Of a DNA stretch of 64,000 bases, positions 10,537 to 19,492 are shown in pieces; the stretch's first letter is position 1; every line of letters starts with the position of its first letter. Made by a program: the position numbers and the translations under genes. The notes beneath the pieces were generated by a model, which ran no database searches, was not told the origin of the DNA, and saw nothing but the letters and a program-made list of their open reading frames with translations. Source of the stretch: an uncultured delta proteobacterium (lineage in GTDB: Bacteria > Desulfobacterota > Desulfobacteria > Desulfobacterales > UBA2156); the NCBI GenBank assembly GCA_963736855.1, contig CAVTQK010000023.1, positions 92,195-156,194 of the forward strand, given 5' to 3'.

Positions 10537-11991
10537 ATGCCCACCATCCGCATCCATGTTGAAAAAGGTGGTTCCGACCAGAAAGACTATTCCTTTACCG
10601 AAGCCTTTCGGATCGGGCGCGGGAGCACCTGCCAGGTCCGGCTGACCGACAATGTCGTAAGCCGGCAACACGTGGAAATCCTGTTTATCGGCGACCGTTG
10701 GTGGATACAGGATCTGGGAAGCGCCAATGGTACCTTCATCGCCGACCGACGCATTGAACGGGAGCCTCTGGAAAACGGCACCCAAATCCGACTCGGACCC
10801 GATGGCCCACTGCTTATTGTTTCCCTTGAAGAGGCCGCCCCACCCGAAACACCTGAACAAGACGCCCAATCACTCACCTATTATCGGAACCATTACCTCG
10901 AAAGCAAGGATGAAGGAAAAGCCGGGCAGCATACGATGATGATACGGAAGGCCTTCTCCCAGGTCCAAAAAAAACAGAAAAGAAAATATTTTACCATCAT
11001 CGGTATTGTCGTTTGTCTCCTCATCGTAGTCGGCACTTTCGCAACCGTCAAACATTACCAGCTCAAAAAACAGCGCAAGCTGGCCGAGGATATCTTCTAT
11101 AACATGAAGGTAATGGAGCTGGACTTTTCCGAACTGTTGAGGATTGCCCGGGAAACGAAAGATAAGAAAATCATCGAAAAAGTCGATCAATACAAGACCA
11201 AACGCCGGGAGATGGAGACAAAATACGACCGTTTCATCGAAACGCTTAAAGTCTATAAAAAAGACATGAGTCCTCAAGAACGACTGATTCTCCAAAAAGC
11301 GAGAATTTTCGGCGAATGTGAAATCAACGTGCCTGAAGATTTTGCCAGGGAAGTGTTGAGGTATATCGACAAGTGGAAATCGAGTCCGCGCATGGCGGAC
11401 GCCATCGATTGCGCCCAAAAAAATAGCTATATCGATATCATCAGTCAAACGCTGGCCACTTATGATCTGCCGCCGGAATTTTTTTATCTGGCACTACAGG
11501 AGAGCAATTTTAATAAAGACGCCGTCGGTCCGGAGACCCGATGGGGATTCGCCAAGGGGATGTGGCAATTTATTCCTGATACGGCAAAGCGATATGGCCT
11601 AAAAACAGGACCGTTGGTCAAGCAGAACCGACCCGACCCGAAAGATGATCGACACAATCCGAAAAAAGCCACACTGGCCGCGGCGAAATACCTGCGCGAT
11701 ATATATGATACGGACGCTCAGGCTTCGGGGCTTCTCGTCATGGCATCATACAACTGGGGAGAAAACCGCGTGATCGAACTGATCCGGAAAATTCCCGAAA
11801 ATCCGCGTGACCGTAATTTTTGGAATCTGCTCGTTAAGTACAAGGAAAAAATTCCAGCCCAAACCTATGATTATGTTTTTTTTATTTTCTCGGCGGCCGT
11901 CATCGGAGAAAATCCCAGGCTTTTCGGATTCGCCTTTGACAATCCTCTGGGTACGATTCAACCGGCTGAGGCCAAAGCAGTGAAAGGATAA
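10537..11991 (+). CDS. FHA domain - TM helix - MltD-like lytic transglycosylase
   Basis: IGR..VSRQH..DLGSANGTF (FHA); hydrophobic helix; LALQESNF, AKGMWQFIPDTAKRYGL, ASYNWGE (SLT). Confidence 0.9.
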   Translation: MPTIRIHVEKGGSDQKDYSFTEAFRIGRGSTCQVRLTDNVVSRQHVEILFIGDRWWIQDLGSANGTFIADRRIEREPLENGTQIRLGPDGPLLIVSLEEAAPPETPEQDAQSLTYYRNHYLESKDEGKAGQHTMMIRKAFSQVQKKQKRKYFTIIGIVVCLLIVVGTFATVKHYQLKKQRKLAEDIFYNMKVMELDFSELLRIARETKDKKIIEKVDQYKTKRREMETKYDRFIETLKVYKKDMSPQERLILQKARIFGECEINVPEDFAREVLRYIDKWKSSPRMADAIDCAQKNSYIDIISQTLATYDLPPEFFYLALQESNFNKDAVGPETRWGFAKGMWQFIPDTAKRYGLKTGPLVKQNRPDPKDDRHNPKKATLAAAKYLRDIYDTDAQASGLLVMASYNWGENRVIELIRKIPENPRDRNFWNLLVKYKEKIPAQTYDYVFFIFSAAVIGENPRLFGFAFDNPLGTIQPAEAKAVKG

Positions 11992-11995
11992 AGAA

Positions 11996-12772
11996 ATGAA
12001 ACGCATCTGGATGAGCTCACTTATTTCAAATAAGGAGGCCGTTCAAAAGCTTATGACTGCGATGAAGCCCTATGGCCTGACAGTGGACGGTCATTTTTGG
12101 ACGGACGATGTGAAAAAAATCGGCTGGATATTGCCCAGGAAGGAATTGCTCGATCCAAAAACGGCTTTGTGGTTAATTCTGACTTCGGTCGAAGAAATGT
12201 TAAAACCTTCCATCCGTTACGGGTTGTCCCTGCTTGCACTGGCCGTTCAGGCCAACAGGGAAACCGGGTTACCTATCACAATCCTGCAGACTTCCGGCGA
12301 TCCCATCTCCCCTGAAACACTCACCACTCCGTTGAAAGCTGCAGAGGTGCTTTCCCACAAAGGCACCGTTCCTGGAGCCAAACTGGTGGCCATGGTACAT
12401 CAACCTTTCCAACCGATCGTACCGGAATATCGTTTTGACATTTACGGCCATGAGCAGATCGGCCAGTGGTTCGAAGTCGGCCCCAGACAAACAGACTGGA
12501 AGGGTGCTATGTTCGGCGTCCATGGAGGAGAGATTACAATTCACGCCGTAGGTCCCAAAGGCCGGTTACCCGAAAAGTCGGTCCTTCATTACCCCATGAA
12601 AGGGATGAAACTGGTTTTAGGAAAAGAAGAATATGTTGCCTGGGCCGTCCAAAATCCGCTGAATCAGGACACATCCTATTATATCAAGGTTGACGGATGC
12701 CCGGATTCCATCATCTTCGGTCCTTTAGCCGAGAAAGATGAAGCGGATGTTTATATGATGAAACTAAAATAA
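11996..12772 (+). CDS. Hypothetical protein
   Basis: 258 aa ORF 4 nt downstream of the FHA-SLT gene. Confidence 0.65.
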   Translation: MKRIWMSSLISNKEAVQKLMTAMKPYGLTVDGHFWTDDVKKIGWILPRKELLDPKTALWLILTSVEEMLKPSIRYGLSLLALAVQANRETGLPITILQTSGDPISPETLTTPLKAAEVLSHKGTVPGAKLVAMVHQPFQPIVPEYRFDIYGHEQIGQWFEVGPRQTDWKGAMFGVHGGEITIHAVGPKGRLPEKSVLHYPMKGMKLVLGKEEYVAWAVQNPLNQDTSYYIKVDGCPDSIIFGPLAEKDEADVYMMKLK

Positions 12773-12897
12773 CCTAAAGGATTGACCCGTATGCATCCAT
12801 ACGAGTCCGCAATGAATATTTTCAGACTATCATTGACAGAGGCATCGGAACCCTGCTATGAAATATTAAAATTTATCAATCAATCTGAGGGATTAGC

Positions 12898-13662
12898 ATG
12901 ATGATTCAAGACGTATCGCGAAAAGATCTGGGTAATGAGGAGTTTTTAAGTCTCAGACAGGCGACCGACAAGATTGCCGGGTCTCTTAAAAAGCGCCTTA
13001 CGGCGCACCTGTCGGTATTAAAACCGCTGTTTATTCCTCGAAAACTGCTGGGAACCTACATTCAAAGCGCCTCAAGCGATGATGTGGTGGGTTCGGATAA
13101 AGCCTTTGCCAGGCTTCAGCAGTTATACGCCGCGATCAGCGAAAATCCCTTTGGATTGCGCAAGAAATTGGTTCCCCCGCTGCCGGCAATCTCCAATCAG
13201 ATAGAATATGTCCCTTTTCAATATACGGTTCAATTCAGTGAGGAGGGGGTAAAAACGGTAACCATTACCTCTCCCACGCGATATATTCTATCTTACGAGA
13301 GCAAATGCCCCATCAACCGGCTCAAAGGGATGGTCTCCGGAACGGAATCCCGACACCCTGAAGACCTGAAACAGTCCCTGATCAATCATCTATGCATGGG
13401 AATTATGCTCGAACAATTTCCCGAGTTAAAAGAACTTCTTCAAGATCTGAGATACGATGTTGAAATCCGAAAAATCGATGAGCTGGGCGGTCTGCCCGTG
13501 GTGATCCTATCCGTTCCTTTGAAAACCTTTCTCCCTTCCGACGAATTTATTATCCAGGTCACTCAACTTTCGGGAGTTCCGGCTTTTCAAGAGATCATCG
13601 ACCTGGATGCTGTTGAAAACATGGGTGATCCGCTGAAAGACATCCTGAGGCAGAACATTTAG
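12898..13662 (+). CDS. Hypothetical protein
   Basis: 254 aa ORF with GAGG RBS; no family recognised. Confidence 0.65.
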   Translation: MMIQDVSRKDLGNEEFLSLRQATDKIAGSLKKRLTAHLSVLKPLFIPRKLLGTYIQSASSDDVVGSDKAFARLQQLYAAISENPFGLRKKLVPPLPAISNQIEYVPFQYTVQFSEEGVKTVTITSPTRYILSYESKCPINRLKGMVSGTESRHPEDLKQSLINHLCMGIMLEQFPELKELLQDLRYDVEIRKIDELGGLPVVILSVPLKTFLPSDEFIIQVTQLSGVPAFQEIIDLDAVENMGDPLKDILRQNI

Positions 13663-13733
13663 CACGAATAGTTCATGAAATTTTTCAATGATAATCAATT
13701 TAAGTTATCTTTGACCGCTTGAAGCACTTTTAA

Positions 13734-15314
13734 CTACCACAACAGGGACAGCTCCACCTTTTCACCCGACGGCAAGATTTGACGTGACGGTGTGAGAATA
13801 ATTCGAACGGGTATTTTCCCTTCAGAATCAGGCTTACCGGTATCAATTTCCAGCATTTCAGGTTCCGGATTTCCGCGATGCTCCCAAAAAAGCCGAAACG
13901 CCTCTCTGATTCGGCCTTTAAGCGTGGCCGATTCGAGCCCTTCCTCAAATTTATCCTGACACCACAGTATCAATCGGGTCACGAGTCCTACCAAGAGCTG
14001 GTAATCGACCGGGGTCCTTCCAGTCGTTACCGCCGAAGGTAAAAACACGAAGTCGCGTCCGCTCACCCCGGCCATGGGCATGATTCCGGCTTTCACCATC
14101 TGGTCAATCCGATTTTCAGACAGTGCCGTTTCCGCGGGATGCGGATGACGGGGGTCGGTCATGTCAAGAGGCAGGTTTTCAAGGCTTCCCGACTTCATAC
14201 CGACAAAACGGGTCGGCCATCCAGTTTGTATGACGCGTCGACAGATCAGGTTTCCTACCGCCCAAACCGGGCTGATCCATAGAGACCGACGCTCCGCAAA
14301 CGACACCTGCCGGGGTTTATTGTCCGGGCCATACGGATAACGAGCCAACAGGCAATTCCCGATAACCCCTAGCCATCGTCCCGCGGGAGAATCACCCAAG
14401 ATTCGCCATTTGGCAAAAGATGCATCGTCCAGATGGTGGGGCAGAAATGTCAGCTTGTCCAAATCCTTCCAAGAATTGATCTGGAAAAATTTGGGCGTGA
14501 TCCAAACCATGGACGGGGCAAGTAGAGTTTCTGAAAATTCGGCAATTTTTTTCATCAAATCCAAACATCTTGGGGAACTGTCGAAAGGCATATCCACCAG
14601 AACCAGGGATGGCGGATCTTGCAGCTGTTGAGCCATCAAGAAGGATAGGTTCTCTTCCAACAATTCGGGTTCGCAAGGGAAAATGTCAATTTCAACCTGT
14701 CCATTTGTGCCCCCATGTTTCATGAGCAGTTCCAGGCCCCGCCAGGCCGCTTCCATTTGCCTGAACGGTTCATAGTCGAAAATATTCACCATGCACTGGC
14801 TAAGAATTCTATCCAAGTCGGATGAAACCGTTCTGGATTCTAAAGGGGTCTTTGATCCATTTTCCGGCATCGCCACCATAGAAAGAATGCTGTCTATTTG
14901 TGAAGACGTATCGTCACCCGGTTTCCGGGCAATATCTTTTTGCGGGGTCTGAACCTTTAAAGCCGGCAGGTCCGGCCAGGTTTGAAGACCTGTTCTTATC
15001 TGATTTTCGGATAACCCCTTTTTGCCGGCATCCGCCATAAAATCACTGGCTTCCTTGATTTGGCTCAGATATCGGTTGCTCTGAATAAGTCCGTCCGGCG
15101 TGAAATCCTTTATTTCTTTGAATTGCAGATCCACGCTGCCGGCCGGGCATAATGTCTGCGGCATCGGAATGCGGAGTACAGGATTCAATATTTTCAGGGC
15201 CTCTGAAAGCTCTCCCTGACGGATCCGTAAAGTTTCACGGATACCCGTAGGAGCATCACCGGACAAAAATGTCGCCAACGCCAAGACTTTGAATGGAATA
15301 TCGGGAATCTCCAT
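13734..15314 (-). CDS. Fused TssB-like/TssC-like contractile sheath-family protein
   Basis: N-terminal PFKVLAL..F..IKDFTPDGL (TssB-like); FRQMEAAWRGL, LLARYPYG, LWISP (TssC-like). Confidence 0.75.
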   Translation of the reverse strand: MEIPDIPFKVLALATFLSGDAPTGIRETLRIRQGELSEALKILNPVLRIPMPQTLCPAGSVDLQFKEIKDFTPDGLIQSNRYLSQIKEASDFMADAGKKGLSENQIRTGLQTWPDLPALKVQTPQKDIARKPGDDTSSQIDSILSMVAMPENGSKTPLESRTVSSDLDRILSQCMVNIFDYEPFRQMEAAWRGLELLMKHGGTNGQVEIDIFPCEPELLEENLSFLMAQQLQDPPSLVLVDMPFDSSPRCLDLMKKIAEFSETLLAPSMVWITPKFFQINSWKDLDKLTFLPHHLDDASFAKWRILGDSPAGRWLGVIGNCLLARYPYGPDNKPRQVSFAERRSLWISPVWAVGNLICRRVIQTGWPTRFVGMKSGSLENLPLDMTDPRHPHPAETALSENRIDQMVKAGIMPMAGVSGRDFVFLPSAVTTGRTPVDYQLLVGLVTRLILWCQDKFEEGLESATLKGRIREAFRLFWEHRGNPEPEMLEIDTGKPDSEGKIPVRIILTPSRQILPSGEKVELSLLW

Positions 15315-15356
15315 GATCGGCCCCCTAAAAAGGGATAAAACCGGGGAAGCTATTCG

Positions 15357-16529
15357 TTATCCGACAATCCGTTGAATAACTATCATCAACCGGTTCCACC
15401 ATTCTTTTAATACACCGGCGGTGCCTCCGTCCGATGCGCTGGTGTTGAAAAAAACCTGCCAAACAACTATCGAAACCACGATAACAAAAAGCCCGATTAG
15501 AAAAAACAATAGACCGTGACCCCGCCGCTTGAATTCAGGAACCCCCGGCCAGGCAGCATTCGCTTTTTCTAATGGTTTTCGAGAATCTTCTTCCATGGGT
15601 CGGCCGGCAACTTCTGCCAAGCGCCCGCCGCTTAAAAATTGGAAAACCGGTCCTCGGGGACCCAAAGACAAATGACTGCCTGGGTGAAGAGGAGTCTGGG
15701 AGCTTACGGGTAAATCGTTAATGGTGACTAAACCCTGACCCGTCAAATCCTTAACCCAATAATTGTTCTCATAAAAAAAGATTTGGATATGCCGGTCGAT
15801 AATATCGGCATGGTTGATGATGAAGTTACAATCATCCTTTTTCCCCACAACCACCGGAAGCATCTTAAAAGACTGAATGGTGGGACCCAACTGAATTGTC
15901 AGAGGAGCTTGAATCCGTGCTTCGGCCGGATCCGGTCTCCGTGGCGGTTCCGCAATCCTGGAAGGCATCTGTTCAGCGGACACTTTTGACAGAAGCGATT
16001 GCTTGGGGAATGGGGGTGACGGCCGATCCGGCGTTTGTACCTTTATGTGGTCTTCGGGGGCCGAGGCCGGCAGAGGGGTTACAGGAGGCTTCAGGGAAAA
16101 CGCCGATGCGTCTTTATCAGGTGTACCCAAAGAAGGTACGGAATACTCAACACCGGCCTCTTTTATCTCGGTCAGAAAACTGATCTTTGGGCCGCCTTCT
16201 CCTATCGTGAGCACATCGCCGTTTTTTAAGAACGTCTCCTTGACCGCCTTCCCATTGACGAAACTCCCGTTGGTGCTATGATCAACGAGCTTGAACCGAT
16301 TCCCCTCCCGAACGATTTCTGCGTGGTTCCGGGAGATGAGGGTCAGGTCTTTAGGAAAACGTATTTGGCAATCGGGGTGTCTGCCGATTCGGATAACCGG
16401 GTCAGTGGACTCCTCGACTTTCCCTTTCAGGGGGCCGGCAATGTGAACGAGCTGAACGACAATGACCGGCTTTTCATGCATAATAATAGCATCCGAAAAG
16501 CAAAGTGGGATAAGAAACTCAGAATACAC
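15357..16529 (-). CDS. Double-FHA protein with Pro-rich linker and C-terminal TM anchor (likely start 16481)
   Basis: IGRHPDC..ISRNHA..STNGSFVNG (FHA1); degenerate VGK..DRH FHA2; hydrophobic C-terminal helix. Confidence 0.85.
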   Translation of the reverse strand: MYSEFLIPLCFSDAIIMHEKPVIVVQLVHIAGPLKGKVEESTDPVIRIGRHPDCQIRFPKDLTLISRNHAEIVREGNRFKLVDHSTNGSFVNGKAVKETFLKNGDVLTIGEGGPKISFLTEIKEAGVEYSVPSLGTPDKDASAFSLKPPVTPLPASAPEDHIKVQTPDRPSPPFPKQSLLSKVSAEQMPSRIAEPPRRPDPAEARIQAPLTIQLGPTIQSFKMLPVVVGKKDDCNFIINHADIIDRHIQIFFYENNYWVKDLTGQGLVTINDLPVSSQTPLHPGSHLSLGPRGPVFQFLSGGRLAEVAGRPMEEDSRKPLEKANAAWPGVPEFKRRGHGLLFFLIGLFVIVVSIVVWQVFFNTSASDGGTAGVLKEWWNRLMIVIQRIVG

Positions 16530-16766
16530 GTTCTGAATGACATAAAAAGTATAGCTTACAGTATGGCCATAATGTCAAGAAAATTCACCCCGATTTCGTC
16601 GGTTAAATGAAAATATCATTGTCACCTTATATGGGTTATGCTATTTTATTTAAAATTACCAGATTCGTCCAGTCGCTCAACCGGCATCGACGGTATCCAA
16701 TAAAGATCGATTATCCAATTCAATCTCCATACCAATCGTGATGGTACAAAAGGGGAACCTGGACAG

Positions 16767-17747
16767 GTGATGGGTAAAAGAAAATTTCTGAACACCATTT
16801 GGCTGCTTTCTATCTTTACTCTCATCACCCCTCTGAGGATACATGCCGGAACAAAAGAAAAAACATTCCCCTTACCCCGTGCTGCAGTCGAAGAAACCGT
16901 CATCTCATGGCTGCAAGGATCCGGTTATAGCTTACAGGGTACCCATTTCGAAAAAGGTCTCACCGACATTTGGGCTGAAAAAGAGATGGAACGCTGGCAT
17001 ATCGTCATTCAGCCGCAATCGGCCCTGGCCTGCCATGTGACCGCTGCCTGGACCGGACCCGACAACCCTAAAAACACTGATCCTTACAAGTCGTTATGGA
17101 ACCGGATATCAAACCACGACCAGCCTCCAAACCCGGATAACGACATGAACTACAAGGCCATCCCAAAGGAAGTGCGCTCCAGATTCGAGGCTGTTGTGCT
17201 CATTCGCATCGTCGGTGACGATGACGAAAAGCAAGTATCCGGGTTTTTCTTGGACGCCTATAAAGGACTGGTCATATCCACTGCCCATGACCTGATGGAA
17301 TTTCAGAAAAGCACTATTGTCCTTTACAACGGTCTCGAAATCAATGGACAGGTAGTCTATTTGGATCAGCGCGTGGATCTTGCCCTCATCCAAGTGCAAT
17401 TTACCCCAAAATCGGGTATTCTGTTGACAGAGAGCAGAAATCTGCTGAACTTGAGTGATCGGTTATATGCCATCGGTTATTCAACGGACCGTCGGTCTAA
17501 GGTGACACCCGGAATCGTCAGCGGGCCACCTCGGCGGGCCGACAGCCAGTTGTTATGGCAGGTGGAAATGAAAATTTTACCCGGCAACAGCGGCAGTCCG
17601 GTTTTTGATGAAAAGGGCCGCCTGGTGGCCGTGGTCAAGGGCCGGCATCGTGAAAAAGAATCGGTAGGTTTTTTAATTCCGCTGGAAACGGTTACTGCAT
17701 TTATCAAGGCCAATATTGATTACGTTCAATTTAAAAAGCAAGACTGA
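16767..17747 (+). CDS. Exported trypsin-like serine protease
   Basis: Signal peptide; STAH, DLAL, PGNSGSP catalytic triad motifs. Confidence 0.85.
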   Translation: MMGKRKFLNTIWLLSIFTLITPLRIHAGTKEKTFPLPRAAVEETVISWLQGSGYSLQGTHFEKGLTDIWAEKEMERWHIVIQPQSALACHVTAAWTGPDNPKNTDPYKSLWNRISNHDQPPNPDNDMNYKAIPKEVRSRFEAVVLIRIVGDDDEKQVSGFFLDAYKGLVISTAHDLMEFQKSTIVLYNGLEINGQVVYLDQRVDLALIQVQFTPKSGILLTESRNLLNLSDRLYAIGYSTDRRSKVTPGIVSGPPRRADSQLLWQVEMKILPGNSGSPVFDEKGRLVAVVKGRHREKESVGFLIPLETVTAFIKANIDYVQFKKQD

Positions 17748-17771
17748 ATATTCAACAACACGGTTAGAACC

Positions 17772-19472
17772 ATGAATGCCACCCAATACGGACGCTATCG
17801 CATCGTATCCGAGCTGGGCAAAGGCGCCATGGGAATAGTTTATCAGGCCCATGACCCACAGATCGATCGAATGGTCGCTTTAAAGGTTCTTCGCCAGGAC
17901 CGTGTAATCGATCAGGGGTTTGTCCGACGTTTCCTTGCCGAAGCCCGGGTCATCGGCCGATTGTCGCATCCCAATATTGTTACGGTCTTTGATGTCGGTG
18001 AAGATCACGGCACAATCTATATCGCCATGGAATTCCTTGAGGGACGTTCTTTGGATATGCTCATCCGGGAACAAACGTTCGGCTCGGAAAAAATCGTGGA
18101 TCTGGGAATTCAGGTGGCCGACGCTCTGGATTACGCTCATCGGCAAGGGATTATTCATCGTGACATCAAACCGGGAAACATCATCATTACACCCCAGGGT
18201 CATGTTAAGGTTACGGATTTCGGGATTGCTCATATCGAGGGCACCTCAGACCATCAGATGACCCAGATGGGCGAGATTCTCGGCACGCCTATTTACATGG
18301 CACCGGAGCAGGTGGCCGGACAGCCGGTGGATGGCCGTTCCGACATCTATTCCCTGGGTGTCGTCCTTTATGAATTGGCTACCGGAAAGCGCCCGTTTGC
18401 CGGTGATAATTTAGCGACACTGTTCAATGCCATTGCAAAAGAACAGCCGATAACCGTGTCTCAGCTGAACCCTAAAATTCCTTCAGCTTTTTCTGAACTG
18501 ATCATGAAGTGTTTAAGCAAATCATCGGTGGAGCGATTTCAAAACGGTCAAAGCCTGTCCCAGGCATTAAAGGGATGCCTTGCGAACAGGCCGGGTCTTG
18601 CCACTCCGCTCAGTCAAATTCCAAAAAAGCGAAGAAACGGAATGTATGTACTTTCCGGTGTGGCCGTAATTGTATTGGTTGGGGTCTTGACCTTTTTCTT
18701 TATTTCGGATCGAACACCTCCCCAAAAACCCATTGCATCCAATACCCCGAAGACACCTGCCGAGTCACTGAAGATACCCGATGCAGAAAAGAGAAAACCG
18801 AGTCAGGTTATTTTACCGAAAGAGAAACCGATTGAGCAAGAACCCGTTAGCAAACTGGATGAAAAAAGCTTAAAAGAAGAACCCACCTTAAAAATGCCTT
18901 CCGGAAAACCAAAGCCGCTTCAGATAACGTCGACCCAAAAAATCGACACGCCTTCCCCGACACCGAAATTTGAACCGAGAAAAAGGATCCCCATCGTTGA
19001 CCATCAAACGGAACAAAAACCGCAACGCTCAACCCTGGACGTCCAAACCACGCCAAAAGAGCTTAGCCCCAGCTCAACAGGGAAAGATGATAAAAACGAC
19101 ATACCACGCGAATCCACACCCAGAAAACCTTCTGAAGGGGTAAAGCCGGTTCAAATCCCGGCAACATCCGAAACAGCATCAACTTCTCCGATACCAGCAA
19201 AAGCAGAACCCCAAAAAACCATCGCTGCCGTTGACCATAAACCGGAACAAAAAAGTGAGCCATCCACACTAAATATCCAGAGTGTACCCGAAGGTGCCGG
19301 CTTTTATTTGAACGGCAAGTTTAAGGGAACGACACCGTACAAGGTGAATCTGCCCTATGGTAAATATGAAGTTCGAGTTGAATACGAGAATTATTACGAT
19401 TGGGAAGCTCAGGTCAATCTCGATAAACCGGGAGAGACACCCCTTCGCATTCGACTGATCCCCAAGGACTAA
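17772..19472 (+). CDS. Hanks-type Ser/Thr protein kinase with TM helix and C-terminal PEGA domain
   Basis: LGKGAMG, VALK, HRDIKPGN, DFG, YMAPEQ; IQSVPEGA..GTTP (PEGA). Confidence 0.95.
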   Translation: MNATQYGRYRIVSELGKGAMGIVYQAHDPQIDRMVALKVLRQDRVIDQGFVRRFLAEARVIGRLSHPNIVTVFDVGEDHGTIYIAMEFLEGRSLDMLIREQTFGSEKIVDLGIQVADALDYAHRQGIIHRDIKPGNIIITPQGHVKVTDFGIAHIEGTSDHQMTQMGEILGTPIYMAPEQVAGQPVDGRSDIYSLGVVLYELATGKRPFAGDNLATLFNAIAKEQPITVSQLNPKIPSAFSELIMKCLSKSSVERFQNGQSLSQALKGCLANRPGLATPLSQIPKKRRNGMYVLSGVAVIVLVGVLTFFFISDRTPPQKPIASNTPKTPAESLKIPDAEKRKPSQVILPKEKPIEQEPVSKLDEKSLKEEPTLKMPSGKPKPLQITSTQKIDTPSPTPKFEPRKRIPIVDHQTEQKPQRSTLDVQTTPKELSPSSTGKDDKNDIPRESTPRKPSEGVKPVQIPATSETASTSPIPAKAEPQKTIAAVDHKPEQKSEPSTLNIQSVPEGAGFYLNGKFKGTTPYKVNLPYGKYEVRVEYENYYDWEAQVNLDKPGETPLRIRLIPKD

Positions 19473-19492
19473 ATTTCTTTCAAGTCAGGAGG

